Positions 29,842 to 39,484 of a stretch of DNA of 41,785 nucleotides are shown one piece after another; within the stretch, counting starts at the first letter, position 1; each line of letters opens with the position of its first letter. Source of the DNA: Armatimonadota bacterium (GTDB lineage Bacteria > Armatimonadota > UBA10988); the NCBI GenBank assembly GCA_016235455.1, contig JACRKZ010000063.1, positions 1-41,785 on the forward strand. Direction: 5' to 3'. Position numbers and translations under genes: made by a program. Under the pieces are notes generated by a model that worked only from the letters and a program-made list of their open reading frames with translations, was not told the origin of the DNA and did no database searches.

Positions 29842-31971
29842 ATGCCCACTCATCTCGACCGCCGTCGTTTCCTCCAAGCCGCCGCGCTCGGCGCGGCGGG
29901 TCTGGCGTCGGCCCGCCGCGGGCGCGCCGCCGATCGGGCCCAGCCCAACATCGTCGTCATCCTGGCCGATGATTACGGCTACGGCAGTTGCGGCTGCTAC
30001 GGCGCCGACCCGGCGCTGGTGCGCACTCCGAACATCGACCGCCTGGCGGCCGAGGGCCGCCGGTTCACCGATGCCAACACGCCGTCGTCGGTCTGCTCAC
30101 CCACGCGGTACGGGCTGATGACCGGGCGGTACTGCTGGCGCACCAGCCTGGGCCACCAGGTGCTGGGCACCTTCGCGCCGCTGCACATCGAGCCCACGCG
30201 GCTCACGCTGGCCTCACTGCTCAAGCGCTGTGGCTACCACACTGCCGCCGTGGGCAAATGGCACCTGGGCTATGGCGACGCCCACGGCAGCCTCAACTGG
30301 CGGACCGATTACGCCGCCGAACTCTCGCCCGGCCCACTCGATGTCGGCTTCGACTACCACTTCGGCGTGCCCAGCAACCATGGCGACCTGACCGGCGTGT
30401 TCGTCGAGGACCGCTATGTCTACGGCCTGAGGGGCAGGACGCTGCCTGATGGCATGAAGCTGCCGGCGCCCGACGCCGACGACCCCAACTTCCAGGCCAC
30501 CTACACTGGCGCGGACATGGAGAACGCCAAGGGGCGGCCCATCGATCTGGACGCGCCGCGCCGCCGCAACCAGCGGGTCATGGCCGAGCTGACCGACAAG
30601 GCCGTGGCCTGGCTGGACCGCCAGCCCAAGGCCGAGCCGTTCTTCCTCTACTACACGCCGGTGGCGGTGCACAACCCGGTCACGCCCGACGCCGACCTGG
30701 CCGGGCAGAGCAAGGCCGGGCTCTACGCCGACTGGATCAGCGAACTCGACCGCGGCGTCGGACGCATCCTGGCCAAGCTCGACCAGATGGGCGTGCGCGA
30801 CAACACGCTGGTGCTCTTCACCAGCGACAACGGCGGCGTGTTCAGGCCCGAGAACGAGGCCATGCTCCAGACCATCGCCTACCGCGCCGGCCTCAAGGTC
30901 AATGGCCCACTGCGCGGCGGCAAGCACACCGTCTGGGACGGCGGCTTCACCGTACCGTTCATTGTCCGCTGGCCCGGCCACGTCGCCGCCGGCAGCACCT
31001 GCGACGAGATGGTCAGCCTGGTCGACATGGTGGCCACGACCGCGGCGCTGGTGGGCGAGCCACTGCCGCAGGCGGCGACCGCGGCCGAGGACAGCCACAA
31101 CATCCTGACGGCCATCCTGGGCCAGGCGCACGACAAGCCGTTGCGGCCAGACATGGTGGTGCACAGCGCCGACGGCGTGTTCGCCATCCGGCGCGGCCCG
31201 TGGAAGTGGATCGAAGGCGTGCCCGTGGACGATCTGACGCCGGGCGAGCGGCGCGCGCGCGCGGACGAGTTCCGCGCGCAACTCTACAACGTCGCCGACG
31301 ACCCGGCCGAGACCAAGGATGTCAGCGCCCAGCACCCCGACGTGGTGGCCGACCTGAAGGCGCTGCTCGCCCGCTACCGTGACGGCGGCTACAGTCGAGA
31401 GCTGCCGCCCATCGTCCCCCCCAAGCCGGTCGCCGCGTTGCCGCCGCTAGCTGGCCGAGTGACCATCGACGAGAAGCTCGACGCGCTGCCGACCCGTCCC
31501 TGGGCCACGCCGCGGGGCGACTGGCAGGTCAAGGACGGCGCGCTGTGGGGTGCCTCGGCCCGTGGCGACGCGCAGCCGGCCGACCTGACGCGCCCGCTGA
31601 ACCTGAACGATGGCACGATCCAGTTCGAGGTCAACTTCGGCACCGCCAACCGCTTGTCGCTACGGCTGCGCCTCGGTGAGCAGAGCGTGCGCATCGTCAT
31701 CGCGCCGAGTCAGGTGGAGGTGGCCAAGAACCCCGGCCCCGGTGAGGCCGCCGACCGTGCGACTACGCTGGCCCGCGCCAAGCTCCGGCTGCGGCGCGGC
31801 GAGTGGGCCACGGTGCGCGCAAGCTTCGCCGGCCCGCAGGTCACGGTGCAGGTCGGTGGCGTGACGGCCAAGGGCACGCACCCCGTCCTGGCAGGCCTCA
31901 AGCAGCAGATGGATCTGCTGGTGTTCGAGGGCGATTGCGGGCTGCGGCAGGTGGTTGTGGCGCGGCAGTAG
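29842..31971 (+). CDS. Tat-exported formylglycine-type arylsulfatase with an extra C-terminal beta-sandwich domain
   Basis: Twin-arginine LDRRRFL, PNIVVILADD, CSPTR.GLMTGRY, VGKWHLG, FTSDNG, LRGGK. About 180 extra C-terminal residues (WQVKDGALWG...). Confidence 0.9.
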   Translation: MPTHLDRRRFLQAAALGAAGLASARRGRAADRAQPNIVVILADDYGYGSCGCYGADPALVRTPNIDRLAAEGRRFTDANTPSSVCSPTRYGLMTGRYCWRTSLGHQVLGTFAPLHIEPTRLTLASLLKRCGYHTAAVGKWHLGYGDAHGSLNWRTDYAAELSPGPLDVGFDYHFGVPSNHGDLTGVFVEDRYVYGLRGRTLPDGMKLPAPDADDPNFQATYTGADMENAKGRPIDLDAPRRRNQRVMAELTDKAVAWLDRQPKAEPFFLYYTPVAVHNPVTPDADLAGQSKAGLYADWISELDRGVGRILAKLDQMGVRDNTLVLFTSDNGGVFRPENEAMLQTIAYRAGLKVNGPLRGGKHTVWDGGFTVPFIVRWPGHVAAGSTCDEMVSLVDMVATTAALVGEPLPQAATAAEDSHNILTAILGQAHDKPLRPDMVVHSADGVFAIRRGPWKWIEGVPVDDLTPGERRARADEFRAQLYNVADDPAETKDVSAQHPDVVADLKALLARYRDGGYSRELPPIVPPKPVAALPPLAGRVTIDEKLDALPTRPWATPRGDWQVKDGALWGASARGDAQPADLTRPLNLNDGTIQFEVNFGTANRLSLRLRLGEQSVRIVIAPSQVEVAKNPGPGEAADRATTLARAKLRLRRGEWATVRASFAGPQVTVQVGGVTAKGTHPVLAGLKQQMDLLVFEGDCGLRQVVVARQ

Positions 31972-32012
31972 GGCTCTGCCCCACGTCGCTCGTCCTACGT
32001 CGCGCGCCCACC

Positions 32013-33569
32013 TCACCGCATCGCCCGCCGCACCGCCAGCAGCTTCGGCGACTGCTCGGGCGGCTGGCTCAGGTACTCCAACATGCCAAACCGGCCGTAC
32101 TTGCTGTAGGCGTCGCAGTGGATGAAGTTGCAGAACAGCCCGGCGCCAGCCTCGCGCCAGCCCTGCAAGTAGCGGTCGTAGAGCCCGCCCATGCGCGGGT
32201 CGCGGTTGGCCTGGTCGAACAGGCGGTTGAGCGCCTCGTCGTTCTGCCAGGCACCTACGCCGACCAGATGCTGGCCGCCTTCGTAGGCGATCAGCGTCTT
32301 GCCCTTCGAGGCGGCATACCGGGCCATCTGCTGCACCACGTCCACGGCCTGGGGCACGGCGCGGCTGGACAGCTCGGCAAACAGCGCGTCGAGCGTCAGC
32401 CCCGGCGTCTGCACGGCGGCCTGGTTGCGCGCGTTGCCCAGGTAGCCGCCGAAGTACGGCGCGATGGCCAGCGCGTCGTGGTGCGCCGCGGCCTCGCCCG
32501 TCTTGAGCAGGATGTTCTCGAACCACCACGGCCCCGCCGCCTGCCAGGCCAGCACGCGCACCAGCCGCGGCGCGGGGATCTCCTGCTCGCAGAGGGTCAT
32601 GATCTCGGTGCTGCGGCGGGCGTGGTACATGCCGCCGCTTTCCCACGGTCGCGCCCGGTCGCCCAGGCCCAAGGCCGCGCCTTGCGTTTGCGCGTGGCGA
32701 GTCTGCGGGTACTCCGCGTTCCAGACCTCGTTCGAGTACTCCACATACGCCCGCAGCTTGGGGTCGAGCAGGCGGCCGACCGAGCGCGCGAACAGCCGCA
32801 CATACTCATCATCGACCGTCCACGGAATGGAGAACCAGGCGTCGACGCCCAGCCGGTTGGCCAGCGAACACATGACCTCAACCGGCACGCCGCGGATCGA
32901 CCAGCGCGCGTCTTCGACCGTCGGCCGGTCGGCCCACGTCTTGGGCTGGGCGGCCAGCCGTGCATCGCCCTGGGTCAGGTTCTGCTCGGCCCAGTTCATG
33001 AAGCGCAGGCAGCGGTAGCCACGCAGTGAGTCGAGGAACAGCGGATGGAACAGCGGCTCCGCGCCAGCGCCGGCCGTGGTGACGTGGATGTCGCGCAGGT
33101 AGTCGGTGGGGTCGGTGGCGGTGATGGACAACGCCAGTCCGCCGCGGCTGGGGTCGACCTCCAGCTCATCGCGCCCGGCCGCGCCGCCGGTCCGGCGCCA
33201 GGCGCCCTCATAGGCCAGCGTACCGCGTCCCTTGTAGTCGACCACATAGCGCCCGGCGGGATAGGTGTTGGGCCGGTCCCAGAACATGAGCGTCCGCGCG
33301 ATCTGACCCGGTTGGAGCGACCGCACCCAGCCGTGGGCGTCGAGGTCCAGCGGGCGTTGGTCCTGCCAGACGCCCGGCGCGCCGGACAGCCAGGGCCGCG
33401 AGGACTTCATGGCGTCGACGAACGGATTGGCGGTACTCCAGTCACGGATGCTGGCCAGGTTGGTGCCGATGGCCATGGCCGGCGGCGGCTGTGCGGCGGC
33501 GCAACTGCCCAGGAGGATGGCCGAGACGACTGCCAGCAGGCGATGCGGGTACGGCCGGGCGAGGGGCAT
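32013..33569 (-). CDS. Secreted or lipoprotein putative glycoside hydrolase ('cellulose-binding protein'-like family)
   Basis: LLGSC lipobox-like. IGTNL...DWS...FVDAMK, LRFMNW, YVEYSNEVWN, AIAPYFG, AYEGGQH suggest a TIM barrel with two Glu residues. Confidence 0.65.
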   Translation of the reverse strand: MPLARPYPHRLLAVVSAILLGSCAAAQPPPAMAIGTNLASIRDWSTANPFVDAMKSSRPWLSGAPGVWQDQRPLDLDAHGWVRSLQPGQIARTLMFWDRPNTYPAGRYVVDYKGRGTLAYEGAWRRTGGAAGRDELEVDPSRGGLALSITATDPTDYLRDIHVTTAGAGAEPLFHPLFLDSLRGYRCLRFMNWAEQNLTQGDARLAAQPKTWADRPTVEDARWSIRGVPVEVMCSLANRLGVDAWFSIPWTVDDEYVRLFARSVGRLLDPKLRAYVEYSNEVWNAEYPQTRHAQTQGAALGLGDRARPWESGGMYHARRSTEIMTLCEQEIPAPRLVRVLAWQAAGPWWFENILLKTGEAAAHHDALAIAPYFGGYLGNARNQAAVQTPGLTLDALFAELSSRAVPQAVDVVQQMARYAASKGKTLIAYEGGQHLVGVGAWQNDEALNRLFDQANRDPRMGGLYDRYLQGWREAGAGLFCNFIHCDAYSKYGRFGMLEYLSQPPEQSPKLLAVRRAMR

Positions 33570-33602
33570 GGGTGGTCTCCTTCGCGGTCATGCGGCGGCA
33601 GC

Positions 33603-33710
33603 CGGACAGCCCCACTGTAGTCCCCCCGCGGGCGAGGGGACGGCTTTGAAGCCGACCGCGCGAGCGCCTCAAGCTCCCTCCCCGCTCGCGGGGAGGGCTG
33701 GGGTGGGGGC
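33603..33710. repeat. Direct repeat copy A with REP palindrome CTCCCTCCCCGCTCGCGGGGAGGGCTGGGGTGGGGG (family C)
   Basis: 33611-33710 aligns without gaps to 34681-34780, and 33674-33710 is identical to 34744-34780. Confidence 0.85.
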
Positions 33711-33816
33711 TGCCCACAGACACCGTCGTGTTCACTGGATAAGGTGGACCATTTGGGATGAACGTAAACCGCTGGACCGGCGAGGAGCCGTTCGGGGACC
33801 GCGGAACCTGTTGGCC

Positions 33817-34656
33817 ATGGTTCGGGTAGGGACACTGGTCTGGGCTGTCGCGACTCCCTCCCCGCGCGCGGGGAGGGCTGTGGCGGGGGCCGCGTTGCGA
33901 CCCATCGAAGCACTCGCCCCGGCAGATCTCCTCTACGCACCCGACGGCCAGCCCTATCGCGCTGGGCGCATCATCACCCGTCGCTACCAGGGCGAGATGG
34001 TCGCCCTGACCACCGGCGGAGACGCCTTGTGGGTCACGCCAGCCACTCAGGTCCTGGTTCGCTGGCGCCCCCGCCACCCGCGCGCGGTCTGCGACTGGGG
34101 CGGCTCGCCACTCGCCTCGTTAACCCGTCGCCAGGAGCTGCGCCGCGACGCCAATCGCGCCGAACGCACCCTCTGGGGCCGCCTGCGTGGTACGCAGATG
34201 GGCACCAAGTTTCGCCGACAGCACCCCATCGGGCCGTTCATCGCCGACTTCTACAGCCGTGCGGCACACCTGGTCGTCGAACTCGACGGCGACACCCACA
34301 GCACCACCGAAGCCCAGGCGCACGATGCCGCCAGGACCCTCTACATGGAGAGCCAAGGTCTTCTGGTTCTGCGCTTTGCCAACCACCAGGTGCTCACCGA
34401 CCTCGACGCGGTGTCTGCAGGCATCTTCGACGCCTGCCGCGATCGCATTGCCGGCCAGGAGAGTGTGGAGTGGGTGGCAGCGCGCGACCTTGCCGCCGGC
34501 GATACCGTCCTTGCCGGCTGGCCGCTCGGAGCGGCTGAGCTGCGTGCCGTCGCGGTGGAGCGTGCCGACGGTCTGGTCTGCCGCAGCGCTGCCAGTGGCA
34601 TCTCCCTGGCCACCCAGCATGGCTGCCTGCGGGCACCACAGTCTGAGGCGCGCTGA
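33817..34656 (+). CDS. DUF559 (Vsr-like) endonuclease nested in a degenerate intein/Hint domain
   Basis: DUF559 motifs LRRDANRAERTLW, KFRRQHPIGPFIADFY, LVVELDGDTH, HDAART, VLRFAN. Hint-like GTLV...PIEALAPAD...DG...YQGEMVAL...LWVTP before them and EWVAARDLAAGDTV after. Start codon uncertain. Confidence 0.8.
   Translation: MVRVGTLVWAVATPSPRAGRAVAGAALRPIEALAPADLLYAPDGQPYRAGRIITRRYQGEMVALTTGGDALWVTPATQVLVRWRPRHPRAVCDWGGSPLASLTRRQELRRDANRAERTLWGRLRGTQMGTKFRRQHPIGPFIADFYSRAAHLVVELDGDTHSTTEAQAHDAARTLYMESQGLLVLRFANHQVLTDLDAVSAGIFDACRDRIAGQESVEWVAARDLAAGDTVLAGWPLGAAELRAVAVERADGLVCRSAASGISLATQHGCLRAPQSEAR
33851..33928. repeat. Repeat copy B, inside the DUF559/Hint coding sequence
   Basis: Aligns without gaps to 34741-34818 (REP palindrome plus TTGCGACCCATCGAA.CA.TCGCCCCGGC.GATC). 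Confidence 0.85.
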
Positions 34657-34671
34657 ACGCCCACTTGCCCT

Positions 34672-34818
34672 CGGCCAGCCCCCCCTGTGGTCCCCCCGCG
34701 AGCGGGGGGACGGCTTCGGCGCGGACCCCGCGGGCCTGGCCGACTCCCTCCCCGCTCGCGGGGAGGGCTGGGGTGGGGGCCGTCTTGCGACCCATCGAAA
34801 CATTCGCCCCGGCGGATC
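34672..34818. repeat. Repeat copy C (composite of copies A and B)
   Basis: First ~109 nt match copy A and last 78 nt match copy B. Confidence 0.85.
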
Positions 34819-34885
34819 ACCGCTGCGCGCCTGGCGCCCAGCCCTCGCCTCGGAGTATCATCCCCCAACCAAGGATCACCCGACC

Positions 34886-35932
34886 ATGCGCAGCCTGACC
34901 CTCGTCGCCCTGCTTGCTAGCCTCACCGCTGCCCAACCGCCGGCCACCATCCGCGCCGACCAGCCCGGCGACCGCGCCGTCTACCAACGTGATGCCAGGG
35001 GCCACGCCGCGTTGCCCGTGGTCTGCACGCTGCCCGGCGATCCGGTCGAGGTGGTCGAGGTGCAGGCACAGAACCGCGCTACCGGGCAGCCCGTGGGCGA
35101 GTGGTTGGCGCTCGCCCTGACCGACGGCTCGTGGCGGGGCAAGCTGGTGCTGCCCACGGGTTGGTACAAGCTCGTGCTGCGCGCCAGGCGCGGGCCGGCC
35201 GTGGTCTCCGTGGGCGGTGTGGAGCATGTGGGCGTGGGCGAGGTGCTGATCACCTGCGGCCAGTCCAACTCGGCCAACCACGGTCAGCCGCCGCAGAGGG
35301 CGAGCGACGACCGCGTGTCGAGCCGCGACTTTGGGTCTGGCCGCTGGGCCCATGGCGACGATCCGCAGCCGGGCGCCACCGGCACCGGCGGTTCGCCGTG
35401 GGCGCTGCTCGGCGACCTGTTGGCCGACCGGCTCGATGCGCCGGTCGGACTGGTCTGCGTGGGTGTCGGTGGCACACCGGTGTCGTACTGGCTGCCCGGC
35501 CAGGCCGGCTATGCCCGCCTGAGGAGGGCGCTCGAACTCGTTGGCCCCCAGGGCGCTCGCGCGGTGCTGTGGCATCAGGGCGAGTCGGATTCCATCGCCG
35601 GCACCAGCGCCGATGAGTACGGGGCGCGGCTGCGCGCGACCATCGAGCAGTCGCGCCGCGACGGCGGCTGGGCCGTGCCGTGGGGCGTTGCCCTGGCCGC
35701 GTTCCATCCCGCCGCCGAGGCCACCGCCGAGCGCCAGGCCGCGGTGATCGCCGGGCAGCGCCGCGTCATCGCCGAGGTGCCGGACGTCTTCCTGGGCGCC
35801 GAGACCGACAGCTTCCACGAGCGCGGCATGTTGACCGACACGGTCCACTTCAACGCCAAGGGCTTGGCCGCCCATGCGCAGGGCTGGTTTGAGGCGCTGC
35901 TGCCACGGCTGGCCAAGCAGGAACGCGGCTGA
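34886..35932 (+). CDS. Secreted SGNH carbohydrate esterase (sialate O-acetylesterase/SASA-like)
   Basis: Signal MRSLTLVALLASLTAA. VGVGEVLITCGQSNS, VGGT, VLWHQGESD, DTVHF. Confidence 0.85.
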   Translation: MRSLTLVALLASLTAAQPPATIRADQPGDRAVYQRDARGHAALPVVCTLPGDPVEVVEVQAQNRATGQPVGEWLALALTDGSWRGKLVLPTGWYKLVLRARRGPAVVSVGGVEHVGVGEVLITCGQSNSANHGQPPQRASDDRVSSRDFGSGRWAHGDDPQPGATGTGGSPWALLGDLLADRLDAPVGLVCVGVGGTPVSYWLPGQAGYARLRRALELVGPQGARAVLWHQGESDSIAGTSADEYGARLRATIEQSRRDGGWAVPWGVALAAFHPAAEATAERQAAVIAGQRRVIAEVPDVFLGAETDSFHERGMLTDTVHFNAKGLAAHAQGWFEALLPRLAKQERG

Positions 35933-35963
35933 CCTCGGCCAATCTGGCGCCACAGGAGCCACC

Positions 35964-36869
35964 ATGCAGACCATTCGCCTACCGTTCACCGGGTACCAGA
36001 CCTCGCGCCTCATCTTCGGCTGCATGAGGTTGCCCGGCGCCTATGCCGACGCGCGCCTGCCCATCCACGCCGCGCTGGAGGCCGGTATCGACTTCTTCGA
36101 CCACGCCGACATCTACGGCGGCGGCAACTGCGAAACCGTCTTCGGCAACGTCTGGGCCGATGGCGTGCGCCGCGACGAGATTGTGCTGCAGAGCAAGTGC
36201 GGCATCCGCCCGGGCCGCTACGACTACAGCTACGAGCACATCATGTCGTCGGTGGTGGCCAGCCTCAAGCGCCTGCAGACCGACTACCTGGACATCCTGC
36301 TGCTGCACCGCCCCGACCTGCTCATGGAGCCCGACGAGGTGGCCGAGGCGTTCGACGCGCTGCAGTCGTCGGGCAAGGTGCGCTACTTCGGCGTGAGCAA
36401 CTTCACGCCCGCGCTGCTCGACATGCTCAGCCCCAGCCTGACCCAGACGCTGGTAGCCAACCAGATCCAGCTCAGTCTGGCGCACTACGACGCCTTCGAC
36501 AGCTACCTGGTCAAAGGCTATGGTGAGGACCGTACGCCGACGCGCGGCGAGGGCATCATCGAGTACGCCATGACCAACGGCATCACCATCCAGGCCTACG
36601 GGCCGTTGGGCGGCGGCGGCATGATGCGGGCCGAGGCCGCCGAGAGCCCCGTCGGCGCCAAGCTGACCGAGTTGGCCGGCGAGTATGGTGTGTCGCGCGA
36701 GGCCATCGCCCTGGCCTGGCTGCTGCGGCATCCGGTGGGCATCATGCCCGTACTCGGCAGCATGAACCCCGCGCGCATTGCCAGCGCGGCCCAGGCCACC
36801 GACATCGAGCTGACCCGCGAGCAGTGGTATGAGCTGTACCTGGCGGCGCGTGGCCAACGCCTGCCTTAG
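35964..36869 (+). CDS. Aldo/keto reductase (YdhF-like)
   Basis: IFGCMRL, FFDHADIYGGG, SKCGI, LQTDYLDILLLHRPD, GKVRYFGVSNF, LAWLLRHP. AGGAG RBS. Confidence 0.92.
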   Translation: MQTIRLPFTGYQTSRLIFGCMRLPGAYADARLPIHAALEAGIDFFDHADIYGGGNCETVFGNVWADGVRRDEIVLQSKCGIRPGRYDYSYEHIMSSVVASLKRLQTDYLDILLLHRPDLLMEPDEVAEAFDALQSSGKVRYFGVSNFTPALLDMLSPSLTQTLVANQIQLSLAHYDAFDSYLVKGYGEDRTPTRGEGIIEYAMTNGITIQAYGPLGGGGMMRAEAAESPVGAKLTELAGEYGVSREAIALAWLLRHPVGIMPVLGSMNPARIASAAQATDIELTREQWYELYLAARGQRLP

Positions 36870-36889
36870 CCCGATCCCACAAACCAGCG

Positions 36890-36918
36890 AGGCGGAGGAG
36901 CCAACGGCTCCTCCGCCT
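36890..36918. terminator. 13-bp stem hairpin between convergent genes (probable terminator)
   Basis: AGGCGGAGGAGCC-AAC-GGCTCCTCCGCCT. Only a weak U-tract follows. Confidence 0.6.
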
Positions 36919-36950
36919 TCTGCTTCACGGTCGGTGGGTACCGGCGGTGT

Positions 36951-37634
<684 letters not shown>

Positions 37635-37911
37635 CGAATACTCCCTCGCGGTGGCCAGACAAACGGCCCCATATGTACCTACCCAGGTGAATCAAGATAC
37701 AAACGCCATCTCAAAATTCGCCGCGGCGAGAGCTGACGCGGCGGCCGGGTCCACCAGGGCGTGCGCTGCGGTCGGGCAGGTGCGCGGCATCGCGCGGCCA
37801 AGTGCGCTGTGTGGCGGGCGCGGCCACCACGAGTGCCCGCGACCAGGTGTCTACATCACAGCGGACGGCGCGGAGCGCGCGCCGGCCGCGACCTAGGCGG
37901 ATCGGATCCTG

Positions 37912-38700
37912 ATGCTTAAACGCCTCCATCGACGCTTCGGCCTGTTCCGCGATCGGCGGCGGCCATGGCTTGACTGGGGCCAGGAGCAGAGCGAGATCGA
38001 CGACCGCAAGCTGGCGGCCAGCGGGCGCGTGCCAGCCAACGCGCCGTACCTGGTGCAGCGCTACCTGCGACCCAGTCCGGCCAGTATCGAGAATGTGCTG
38101 CGCGTGCGGCCCGAGGGTTCGCTCGTGCTGCACGCCAGCGCCCACCCGATCTCCGCGCGCCAGACGGTGGCCGAGGGTTCGGCCAGGTGGATTGCCTTGT
38201 TGGCCCTGTCGGTGCTGGCGCTCGGCGCGGGCCTCGCCACGCCTTGGGCCACGACGGCCATGGTGGCCGCGGTGCTGCTGGCCTTCAGCCTGGTGCGCCG
38301 GCAGCGGCAGGCTGGGCACGCCGCGCGGACGTTGCCGCACGAGGTGGAGGCGCATGGCCACGGCTTGGTGGTGCGCGACTACGCCGGCCATGCCGAGGCG
38401 CTGCCCTGGAGCCTGGTCGACTCGGCCTGGGTCGGCAATGGCGAGGTCATCGTGCGCCTGGCGCCGGTGCAGCGCACCACGCCGCGCCGGCTGCACCTGC
38501 GCGACGACGACGACGCGCGCCGGCTGCTGCGCGCGGTCGAGCTCACCCAGACCTGGGAGTCCGAAGGCGTGACGTTGCCCGACCTGCACGAGGAAGTGCC
38601 CGACGCGGCGCTCTCGCCGGTGCGCATGGACGGCTCGGGGGTCGACGCCGAGCGCGGGCTGAGCGTGGCCGAGGGCGAGCAGGAGGCGGTCGGTGAGTAG
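37912..38700 (+). CDS. Hypothetical two-TM membrane protein (paralog of 38693-39484)
   Basis: Two TM helices, VEAHGHGLVVRD..G....LPWS.V, C-terminal VPDAALS...ERGLSVA. Start uncertain. Confidence 0.65.
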   Translation: MLKRLHRRFGLFRDRRRPWLDWGQEQSEIDDRKLAASGRVPANAPYLVQRYLRPSPASIENVLRVRPEGSLVLHASAHPISARQTVAEGSARWIALLALSVLALGAGLATPWATTAMVAAVLLAFSLVRRQRQAGHAARTLPHEVEAHGHGLVVRDYAGHAEALPWSLVDSAWVGNGEVIVRLAPVQRTTPRRLHLRDDDDARRLLRAVELTQTWESEGVTLPDLHEEVPDAALSPVRMDGSGVDAERGLSVAEGEQEAVGE

Positions 38701-39484
38701 GAAGCGGCATGGCGAGACGGCCACACCGAAGGCCGACGCCCAGCGCAAGCGCCGTGATCCGCCCGAGCCTGTCCATCGGCGGTTCCGGGCCTGGGCCCAA
38801 GACCGGGCCGCCGGCCGTCCTCGTCCAGAACACCTGCCGCCAGGGCTCGAACGGCTGGAGCGCGCGCTGGGCGTCGGCCCCGGTGGTTGTTTGACACTGC
38901 GTGTGCGATCGATCGAGATGCCGGCGGGTTGGGCCGGCCGCCGTAAGGACGTTCTGCTGGCCCTCAGTATCGTCAACGTGACCGCGCTTGTCTGGCTGGC
39001 GACGTTGCCGGCGAGCACGTGGTTGTATGGTGGTCTGTGCGTCCTCCAGATAGGGCTCGCGGCAAGCTGGCCCAAGTCCGTGAGATCGCCGGACTTGCCA
39101 GTAGAGATTCGCGGCCACGGATTGACCATTCATGATGGCCACGGGACGGCGGTCGCGGTGCCGTGGTCCAGGGTCAGCTCGGTAGCGCGGCCTGGGCCGC
39201 ACCTGTGTGGCGACATCGCTATCGACCTCAATCCCGTCATCACGGGGCTGCCGAGCCGGATCCTGGTGCACGGCTACACGCGCGACGCCGAACGGCTGCT
39301 CGCCGCCTGGGAGCTCATCGAGTCCTGGCGAGCAGCCGGCCTCTCGGTGCCGGGCATCGTGGTCGATGTGCCCGATAGCGCCTTGTCGCTCGCCCGACTG
39401 ACGAACGACGTGCCCGGTGACCGTGGCTTGAGTGTCGCGGACGATCCTGAGTCTCAGTCCACGGTCGCCAGCCGCAGCGCGTAG
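38693..39484 (+). CDS. Hypothetical two-TM membrane protein
   Basis: VEIRGHGLTIHD..G....VPWS.V, C-terminal VPDSALS...DRGLSVA. Overlaps the upstream stop. Confidence 0.65.
   Translation: MSRKRHGETATPKADAQRKRRDPPEPVHRRFRAWAQDRAAGRPRPEHLPPGLERLERALGVGPGGCLTLRVRSIEMPAGWAGRRKDVLLALSIVNVTALVWLATLPASTWLYGGLCVLQIGLAASWPKSVRSPDLPVEIRGHGLTIHDGHGTAVAVPWSRVSSVARPGPHLCGDIAIDLNPVITGLPSRILVHGYTRDAERLLAAWELIESWRAAGLSVPGIVVDVPDSALSLARLTNDVPGDRGLSVADDPESQSTVASRSA

Noticed and set aside
33817-34656. Functional splicing intein
   Set aside because: No N-terminal Cys/Ser, no block-B His, no C-terminal His-Asn and no extein.
39454-39484. 31-nt convergent overlap of two genes
   Set aside because: Short 3' overlaps are common in GC-rich genomes, and nothing suggests a special role.
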